Source: Laetmonice hystrix (taxonomy: Eukaryota). From it: DNA of 64,000 nt. Positions 38,348-47,647 of this stretch are shown one piece after another. The DNA is taken from positions 11,780,001-11,844,000 of the forward strand of contig OZ249436.1 of the NCBI GenBank assembly GCA_965235115.1, in the 5' to 3' direction. Both the position numbers and the translations under genes were made by a program. The notes under the pieces were generated by a model. That model was not told the DNA's origin, ran no database searches, and saw only the letters and a list, made by a program, of their open reading frames with translations. Every line of letters begins with the position of its first letter. The first letter of the stretch is position 1.

Positions 38348-38557
38348 CAGGCCTGATTTTAAGACGCGAACGATCGTTTCGTTCGCGTGTCGTTCACCTA
38401 AAATGGAAAGGCCCAGAACGAAAATCCGTTCACCTGCAAATTTTGCAAGCCTGAGATTAACAGGTGAACGGCCGTTTCGTTCGCCTGTCGGTTACCTAAA
38501 ATAAAAAACAGGGGAACGAAAAATGGGTTATGCAAATTTCCCTTAATCTCAGGCCTG
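38348..38557. mobile_element. MITE (CAGGCCTGA..TTAAG TIRs, CWG flanks) in the FASTKD5 5'UTR intron
   Basis: CAGGCCTGATTTTAAG versus CTTAATCTCAGGCCTG; internal CGTTTCGTTCGC repeats. Confidence 0.6.
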
Positions 38558-39571
38558 CTATTTGAAAGAAGATGGGTATAAACAGAAGTGTAGGGTAGAG
38601 CCTACAACAGTTGGTATCATTATTTTACTATTTTAAATTTTTAATTTTACTTATCTTTTTTTTTTGGAGGGGGGGGGGGTGGGGTTGTTGGCCTTATCTT
38701 CAGCAGGATTGAGTGGTCGTTTATTATTATTTGGAAGAAAACTTTCAATCATTTAGCAGATTACCAGAGATGGGAGGCCAAACTGCAACACACGCATGCA
38801 CACCCCGTTAGTAGCAACATCAAAACAATAAAAAGCCATGCTCCTGGAGAATGGAGACCGGCACTGGGCAGAGATTTGAATTTCAGACCGTGACACTGGA
38901 CTAGGCAGGTTTGTGCCATTGTGCCGAAGGGGCGGGGGGGGGGGGGGGTGTCAAGAGGGGTGTACCAATATGTTTAGTTTGAACTATAAAGCAAAAAAAA
39001 AGTTACTTCGTAAGGGGGGGGGCACATTACATGGGCAGATCCAGGAATTCTTTTTTTTTTTTGAGGGGGGGTCGCCATTGGGCAAAAACAATTTTAATAT
39101 TAATTTATAAATAGGCCTAACGAGTAACGTAGTCGTACTCGTAGGCCCCTAGGCCTAGCCCCAGACTCTAGCTAGGGTAAATTATTATGATCACAATTGG
39201 ATGATAAAAATAACATAGTCCAGAATTTAGGGGGGTTGGAGCCCTCCCCCCCCTCCGGATCCGCCAGTGTGCAACCCACGTGGCGGTGACGCTGGCCGTG
39301 ACACAGGCACCCGGAGGGGGGGGGGGTTCCCCCGGCCTGGATGGTGTCGTGTACGGTGACGGTGTGGTACCCGACAGGGAGGGAGGGGAGGGAGGGTAGG
39401 CCTACCGGCAACAGTTTACTGACTGCAGTGTCCAGTAACATCATCTCTTCATCTGCAGAGATACTTGTTAATCTAGTGGTAACATCTAGTTCTTCCCCTG
39501 ATGACCATACAGTATCACAACTCGCACTAACCTTGGCGGAATCGAGGGACTTCTGCTCCTGTCTGCTCTGG

Positions 39572-39880
39572 TCAGGGCGCAGCCATTTTGAAAGGTCCCG
39601 GATGTCAAAGGCGTGGTTTTACAGCTTATCGTAAGGTGGCGGTGCTGTATACTTTTCTCCTGCGAGGTTCAGGCAGAAGAGGGCGCCTAATAACGTCTCC
39701 CATGAGATCTATAATATGATGTAGGTGCTACCTAGAGGGCGAGCGCAGCGACGGGAGGCCTACAACTATAACAATATACGATGTCAGCAGGACTGGTCAC
39801 TTAGCAGCATGGACGTCGGGATATTGTGGCGTCACAGTGAACAAACACTCACGCGACTGTTTGTTCACTGTGACGTCACA
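39572..39880 (-). promoter_or_regulatory. Probable FASTKD5 promoter / first non-coding exon region
   Basis: YY1-like CAAAATGGCTGC on - at 39579-39590, CRE TGACGTCA at 39871-39878, candidate donors near 39407 and 39533, and a matching acceptor just upstream of the ATG near 38265. Confidence 0.4.
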
Positions 39881-40149
39881 AATCACACACGCGCTGCAAG
39901 GGTCACATGACCCTCCATGGATTTCTCCATGGATTTGCTCCATGGTTTTTCCGGTTCCGGTTTTACGTGACGAAATTTTTTGGTGAGACGGTATGTGTCA
40001 CCTTGGCAACCCTTTCACACGTGTTGTCATACCCAGCTAACAAAAACACGTGTTCAGCACGTGTCTGACACGTGTCAAAGTAGTGCAAAGCACGTGTCTG
40101 GGACACGTGTCCTTCACGTGTTTCTGTGAACACTTTTTCCCGTGTTAAA

Positions 40150-40990
40150 CACGTGTCATATACACGTGTCAGAAAGACGTGTAAAGAACGTGTCAAACAC
40201 GTGTTAGAAAGACGTGTCAAAAACACGTCTAAAGAACGTGTTAGACACGTGTTAGAAACACGTGCAGAAAGACGTGTAAAAAACGTGTTAGACACGTGTT
40301 GGAAACACGTGTCAGAAAGACGTGTAAAGAACGTGTTAGGCACGTGTTAGAAACACGTGTCAGAAAGACGTGTTAAGGACGTGTTAGGCACGTGTTAGAA
40401 ACACGTGTCAGAAAGACGTGTAAAGAACGTGTTAGACACGTGTTAGAAACACGTGTCAGAAAGACGTGTAACGAACGTGTTAGGCACGTGTTAGAAACAC
40501 GTGTCAGAAAGACGTGTAAAGAACGTGTTAGGCACGTGTTAGAAACACGTGTCAGAAAGACGTGTTAAGGCCGTGTTAGGCACGTGTTAGAAACACGTGT
40601 CAGAAAGACGTGTAAAGAACGTGTTAGACACGTGTTAGAAACACGTGTCAGAAAGACGTGTAACGAACGTGTTAGGCACGTGTTAGAAACACGTGTCAGA
40701 AAGACGTGTAAAGAACGTGTTAGGCACGTGTTAGAAACACGTGTCAGAAAGACGTGTAAAGAACGTGTTAGGCACGTGTTAGAAACACGTGTCAGAAAGA
40801 CGTGTAACGAACGTGTTAGGCACGTGTTAGAAACACGTGTCAGAAAGACGTGTAACGAACGTGTTAGGCACGTGTTAGAAACACGTGTCAGAAAGACGTG
40901 TAACGAACGTGTTAGGCACGTGTTAGAAACACGTGTCAGAAAGACGTATAAAGAACGTGTTAGGCACGTGTTAGAAACACGTGTCAGACT
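40150..40990. repeat. 48-bp tandem array (~17 copies), four ACGTGT motifs per unit
   Basis: Unit ACACGTGTCAGAAAGACGTGTAAAGAACGTGTTAGGCACGTGTTAGAA; period 48 (40501 to 40549). Confidence 0.96.
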
Positions 40991-41159
40991 GGTTACAAAC
41001 ACGTGTTTGGTACCAGATTGTTACCAGTATAGAACGTCTTCTTCGCGTCTATAGCACGAGTTTTATTTTGCCGTTGATTATAAAATTTAATGAGTAGAAA
41101 AAAACACACAAACAACATGTTTCAAGTTAATGTACCTTTATTGTATTAACTCTTTATTC

Positions 41160-43165
41160 CACTTTAATCCTCCTCGGACATTGCAGGCCGCCTCCTTGTT
41201 ACTGCACTGACAGGTTGGGGCACCTTTAACGAAGAATAAAACACATGAGAATAGTCACACTCCTCACAAAGCAAAACTCGGTGGGGGTGGGGGTGGGGGT
41301 GAGCTATGTGTGATTTTCTTTAGATGCATCGGCATAACCCATGCTGTTACTTTGAGAATGTCCGGAAAGAGAAAAGTTGTAGGCCTATAATCCTCTACTG
41401 GAATTTAACCCGGGCCCCAACATTACTGCACCCAGGTATCGCCGCTTGTGTGTGGGTGTGTGTGGAGGGGGGTGAGCAGGATTTTGAAGTACAATGAAAA
41501 TACTACTAACCATTGTGTTGGTTTTTTTGCGTTGGCCTTGAGATATTCGGCAAGTGCCTTGTCCACAATTAACTCCGAATATTTCTCTGGGGACTTCCGT
41601 CGGCACGCTCCTATTGACAACAATGAAACTGACCTCATTACATATTCCATTTTTGGACTTGCTATTTTTTCAAAACTTTAAAAAAAGTTTTGCAAAGTGT
41701 ATATTTGATATACTTACGTCTGATCACGCCGTATACGCATGTTGCGTCAAACGCCTTTTTTTGTGGTCCCATGCCGTTCCCCCTGGTCGTACCTGTGCCT
41801 CTTCTGCCCACGAAGACTGTAGCCCTTCAATCGTTGTCAAATAGGATATCTGTATACCAAAAAGGACAGCTAATAAGTAAGGTTCAAGGTATTATAATGT
41901 TGATGTATATTTCTTTCTTTGCTTGGCTCCTTCGTGTTATTTTAACTATGTTTTTAGAAAAGGCACAATACTTAATCCTGTGACCAAATACTAGGCCTAT
42001 ACTAGTACGTTCTTGCATCCAGCCATTAGTGTTTTGCATACATTCACTGCAGTTTATGTAATTAATATCATTTTTTTCTTAGTCATGTGGATGCATGAAA
42101 ATGCCCCCGACTCATTTCTGCCGCCTAGGATGACATTCCGATGGTTGTCAGACTCCATGGCGCGCCTTTCCCAGACTCCATGTTCCAGTCACCCCGAGTC
42201 AGGTGCATGGTCAACTAAACGGGCGGCGGTCGCCCATGTTCCCGATACGGGAGTCCACAGGTGGCCGTCTTTAGATGGGGCCAGATATGCCAATTTGGTC
42301 AAAAATCTCTTACCGAGCACTTAAAATAACAGGAATTCGTCGCAATAACCGCTGACTAATGAAATGATTGCTCAAAACTTTTATTTAGATCTATAGGGAG
42401 AAATATCGACTGGAGAATAAAATGTACACTTGGGACATGAAGTCTCACATACTGGGACATAGCGCGTATATATATGGAGCATGGAGTCACTCACCCCATA
42501 GGGGTTATAGGCCTACTGGGGGGGGGGGGGCAAAGTAAATGCTTAAGAGATGGGGGCCCTGCCCCCCCGGATCTGGCACGTAATCAACTGATACACCCAT
42601 TTGTGACTACACCGTGATCCTATAAAAACTGCATGTGGCGTATCCAGGGGGGTTTCCAAGTATCCCGGAACCCCCTCCACCCTTAAAAAAATTACTATAT
42701 TAAGGACATTTTGGTAAAACAAGGGGTTTAAATTATATTATTTTAACCTAAGGAACCTTCAACCTTCACATTTCCACACAAGATGTCCCGGGATTATTTG
42801 ATGTCTTTTTAAAAAAATTCCTAGAGAACCATGGCGGTAGCTATAGTAGTATAACAACACAGCCACACCATGTGTCAGACTCCTGTGAGGATACCTAAAC
42901 TTCGGAAACCCCCCTTAAACATTTCTGGATACACCACTGGACTGGCTGTGATTCCTTGACATAACATTGAAGGATATTAAGAAAACGGACTCACCAAGAT
43001 CAAGGTTTACGGTGCTGATTGATTGACAGGCGCTACAAGTTGAATCCGCACGACGGTTTGGTGAATCTGAAACCGTTGACACGTGATTCCCGCCAAAGGC
43101 GGAGGCAGAATCATCAACCTTCTGACCTGCCGGTCTTTCAAACATATCAACTCTCTAACTGGGTT
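41160..43165 (-). pseudogene. Decayed spliced gene encoding a BEN/DUF4806-like domain protein, inside the TIR element
   Basis: Exon-like pieces ~42970-43165, ~42090-42320, ~41718-41850, ~41499-41610, ~41160-41228 give ...STCSACQSISTVNLDL / VLGKRFLTKL...VILGGRNE / ILFDN..LKGYSLRGQKR...KKAFDATCVYGVIR / RACRRKSPEKYSELIVDKALAEYLKANAKKP. There are two frameshifts and one in-frame stop. Two AATAAA follow on the minus strand (~41130-41150). Confidence 0.5.
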
Positions 43166-44567
43166 AATTACTCCATCGTGCATGCGTGTAAGCACAGAAA
43201 GTATTTACTTAAGCCGACCTGTGACCTACATAAGAAGGGGTAAACTATGATTAACCTGAAGCTGGAGGAGCAATATGTAATGACGCTGAGTGAGAAATGA
43301 AAACTAGTAGACTAAATCAATATAAAAGAAATCGTATAGCATTGTTACGTGTTTGGAACACATTCAGCGGGGCTGGGGTATCGATAAGGTTCACATGGAA
43401 CTTTAAAACGTGGGTATAACTTTGGTGATGTGCTTTTATGACCTCTTGCATGGTGGCCCAGCATGCTCTATATATAGCTGTGATCGGGTTACTGGAGATC
43501 GCACCCCCTTCATCAGTGCAGACATATTATATAGATGTACGGTGCAGACAAATCAAGTTTATGTAAAGAGGGGGGTTTTCAAGTATCCCGGACCCCCCTT
43601 AAAAAATTACTATATTTTGGACATATAACAGGAGTGTAAAAAGTGAATTATTTTAACCAAGAAAATTAATCTTCATATTTCCAAACAAGACGATTGCATT
43701 ACCGGTATTTAGTGTCTTTTTAAAAATTTCCCTAAATTGGCCTAAGGCTGTCGGAGCCCGTGGAGCACTGGATTCAGATCGGGGTAGCTGTATGGGAGAA
43801 GTACGGAGGGCTTACATATGTACTAAATCCTTTTAGCCCAAATTTACCACACTTATGGAAACAAGTCTTGTAAATGTGTAATCAAATTTAGTTAGAGCTT
43901 ATGAAATAGAATGAAAGGCACCCCAAAGAAGCGATTAAAATAGGCAGACAGATCTATTTGAAGTTTCGTAATGTGCAGAACACATAAAGGCTATAATAAG
44001 GCCACATTTGATAGTATTTGAACATTTTTTGACCAATTACCGCGACTTCAAGAAAGTTATCGCTTTTTAGTGTAAGTCTCCAGTAACGTCTGGGCGGACC
44101 AGAAATGTGAAATAGTCAATTTCCTTAATTACGCATGAATTCGCCTGATACTTTTAATATATTCTCTTTGCTACCTAGAAAAACGATTTGTGGTGGTTTT
44201 CTCCTGGTTTAAAATTGCACGGAGCCAAAAAAAACTCAAATAATGCACCCTGGCCCCCCAGCGCTTGTGCTGCCACCTATCGGTTACCAGACGTGGTCAC
44301 ATTACGATAAACTTTAAATTACGCCGGATTCATTTTCATTTTCACACAAACACTTCAGTGCTTAATAGACCTACGATGAGGATACCACGTGTATCTTTCT
44401 ATGGATTTGTACAAATATTATGGAGGCCTATATTATAACTGTATAACTGTATTTAAAAAAACGCTTCTGAAGGCTGGCATTGTAGTGCATGTTAGCCCTA
44501 CAACAAATAGCGTACATTATACGGTAATCAAATCATATAGCCTAGGCCTAGCTGCATAATTGGGTAG

Positions 44568-46270
44568 GTATTCACCACACCAGTTTGGCATCAGATAGAC
44601 ACGTCCCACTAATATCACCGGTGAGGTCAACACGTTCTAAACACGTGTTATACACGGTAGGTGTTCACCACACCAGTTTGACACCAGATAGACACGTCCC
44701 ACTAATATCACCGGTGAGGTCAACACGTTCTAAACACGTGTTATACACGGTAGGTGTTCACCACACCAGTTTGACTCCAGATAGACACGTCCCACTAATA
44801 TCACTGGTGAGGTCAACACGTTCTAAACACGTGTTATACACGGTAGGTGTTCACCACACCAGTTTGATCCCAGATAGACACGTCCCACTAATATCACTAG
44901 TGAAGTCAATACGTTCTAAACACGTGTTATACACGGTAGGTGTTTACCACACCAGTTTGACACCAGATAGACACGTCCCACTAATATCACTGGTGACGTC
45001 AACACGTTCTAAACACGTGTTATACACGTTAGGTGTTCACCACACCAGTTTGACACCAGATAGACACGTCCCACTAATATCACTAGTGAGGTCAACACGT
45101 TCTAAACACGTGTTATACATGGTAGGTGTTCACCACACCAGTTCGACTCCAGATAGACACGTCCCACTAATATCACTGCATGGTGAGGTCAACACGTTCT
45201 AAACACGTGTTATACACGGTAGGTGTTCACCACACCAGTTTGATCCCAGATAGACACGTCCCACTAATATCACTAGTGAAGTCAACACGTTCTAAACACG
45301 TGTTATACACGGTCGGTGTTCACCACACCAGTTTGACACCAGATAGACACGTCCCACTAATATCACTAGTGAAGTCAACACGTTCTAAACACGTGTTATA
45401 CACGGTAGGTGTTCACCACACCAGTTTGACTCCAGATAGACACGTCCCACTAACATCACCGGTGAGGTCAACACGTTCTAAACACGTGTTATACACGGTA
45501 GGTGTTCACCACACCAGTTTGACACCAGATAGACACGTCCCACTAATATCACTGGTGAGGTCAACATGTTCTAAACACGTGTTATACACGGTAGGTGTTC
45601 ACCACACCAGTTTGACACCAGATAGACACGTCCCACTAATATCACTGGTGAGGTCAGCATGTTCTAAACACGTGTTATACACGGTAGGTGTTCACCACAC
45701 CAGTTTGACACCAGATAGACACGTCCCACTAATATCACTGGTGAGGTCAACACGTTCTAAACACGTGTTATACACGGTAGGTGTTCACCACACCAGTTTG
45801 ATCCCAGATAGACACGTCCCACTAATATCACTAGTGAAGTCAACACGTTCTAAACACGTGTTATACACGGTCGGTGTTCACCACACCAGTTTGACACCAG
45901 ATAGACACGTCCCACTAATAGCACTGGTGAGGTCAACACGTTCTAAACACGTGTTATACACGGTAGGTGTTCACCACACCAGTTTGACACCAGATAGACA
46001 CGTCCCACTAATATCACTAGTGAAGTCAATACGTTCTAAACACGTGTTATACATGGTAGGTGTTCACCACACCAGTTTGACACCAGATAGACACGTCCCA
46101 CTAATATCACTGGTGAGGTCAACACGTTCTAAACACGTGTTATACACGGTAGGTGTTCACCACACCAGTTTGACACCAGATAGACACGTCCCACTAATAT
46201 CACTGGTAAGGTCAACACGTTCTAAACACGTGTTATACACGGTCGGTGTTCACCACACCAGTTTGATTCC
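44568..46270. repeat. 93-bp tandem array (~18 copies) containing ACACGT and ACACGTGT motifs
   Basis: Unit CACCACACCAGTTTGACACCAGATAGACACGTCCCACTAATATCACTGGTGAGGTCAACACGTTCTAAACACGTGTTATACACGGTAGGTGTT; period 93 (44573 to 44666). Confidence 0.97.
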
Positions 46271-47647
46271 AGCTAAACACGTGTTAAACACGTGTCCTGT
46301 TTGCTGGGTAGAGCTCGCTTCGCGAGCCGCTGCGCGGCTCGCTTGCGCTCGCTACTACATGTAGACTACATTGTATATCGGCCCAGGCCTCGATCGGGAT
46401 AGCAGCAAGAACGGTGGAGTGTCCGAAATTAGGCCTAGGCCTATTAGGCCTAGGCCTATTTATGAATAAAATTATAGGCTAGGCATATAAATTTAATAAG
46501 CCTAATTTTAATTAGCCTATTGCCTACTTAAAAAGTAGGTCTAACGTATAAGCCTAGGTACCGTTTTTCACTCTGTGCATGTTCTTTGAGGACCGACTTT
46601 ATTTTGACAACTTTGTTTTTCTTTTATTTTCTTTCTATTTTCTTTCTTTTTTCTAAGGGGGGCGGGGTTGTACCCCCCCCCCCCCCCATCCGGCCCTGTA
46701 TCTATAGGCCTAGACGGGGTATCCAACCATGCAGGGGGGAGGGGGCAGAGGGGATTGGGGGCACGTGCCCCTCAGCCAAATTGGGTTTATTCCCCCATAG
46801 ATTCTAGGCTTACAAGAATTGCAAAAATTTCCATTGATGGGGGGGGGGGGGGGAGGGGGGGGGGGCGAAAGCAGGGCTTATAGGAAGAGGCGATCTAGAC
46901 CTATGCTGTAGGCATCAACTTGCATGTGTCGCAGCGGTGGATGGTGGACACGGCACCACAGAAAAAGCAAATCGAAAGTTTTTCTTCCCGCTTATAATAT
47001 TTTTTTAAAGTATTACAAACAAAACCAAGAACAAAACCTTTTGGCACCGATCTTTCTGGTAATCATTATAGATCGGAAACAAGATGGAAAGTTATGCCCT
47101 TAACAGAAATAAGTACGCGCAAATTCGAAACCAATTAGAAGTATAGACATAGAAAGTTTCTCAAAGGAAATTGATTTAGCCTTCTTTATCTGTCATTATG
47201 TTCAAAGGGTTTTTTTTTTAAACATTTTGATGTAATGAATCGCTTGTATACTAGGCATATGGAGTATAGCTTTCAAGCCGTTTCTAGGTTCTTTGTTCAG
47301 GGGGAAAAGAAAGTAACAAAATATGCATGGTCTTCTAGCTGTCTTTTTTCAATCTTGTAATTTAGTTGAAGTCTTATCATTTCTTTCGACATGCACTTTG
47401 GACTTTTTTGCCGGTTGCGTGTATATTTGAGAACATACAAATTTAATCCATAATCCATTAAATGAATATGGCAGTATCTTTGTATTGGCCTGGGTCTATG
47501 CATTTTAACTTCAAGACGACCAGGATCGTTTGTGAGAGGCCTAGATTCGTCACTTTAGGTGTTCTTTGAAGTATTTCACTATAAACCCGTTGTACAATGA
47601 GAGAGGTTTAAAGACAGCGTCTAACATTCCTGCTGCACATTGAATCC

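Larger units (their letters stand above)
40032..46308. mobile_element. ~6.3-kb TIR element (CMC/EnSpm-like) with long subterminal tandem arrays at both ends
   Basis: TA|CCCAGCTAACAAAAACACGTGTTCAGCACGTGT at the left and ACACGTGTTAAACACGTGTCCTGTTTGCTGGG|TA at the right: ~33-bp imperfect TIR with TA on both flanks. No intact transposase seen. Confidence 0.72.

Noticed and set aside
39407-39715. Long minus-strand frame SWETLLGALFCLNL...DTAVSKLLP ending at a splice donor
   Set aside because: It is interrupted by TAA, has no recognisable domain, and is better explained as FASTKD5 promoter/5'UTR.
40126-41054. ORFs on both strands with a 16-aa repeat (LETRVRKTCKERVRHV / TRVSNTCL)
   Set aside because: Both strands are open only because the 48-bp unit lacks stops; these are not credible genes.
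44585-46364. 205-aa and 394-aa repetitive ORFs (31-aa repeat)
   Set aside because: They are by-products of a 93-bp (multiple of 3) array. There is no Kozak ATG or splice context, and a 4-nt insertion breaks the frame at ~45178 without apparent constraint.
46660-46870. Long poly-G/poly-C runs as G-quadruplex regulators
   Set aside because: Such runs occur throughout the window, often inside small repeats, and homopolymer lengths are error-prone; there is no specific support.
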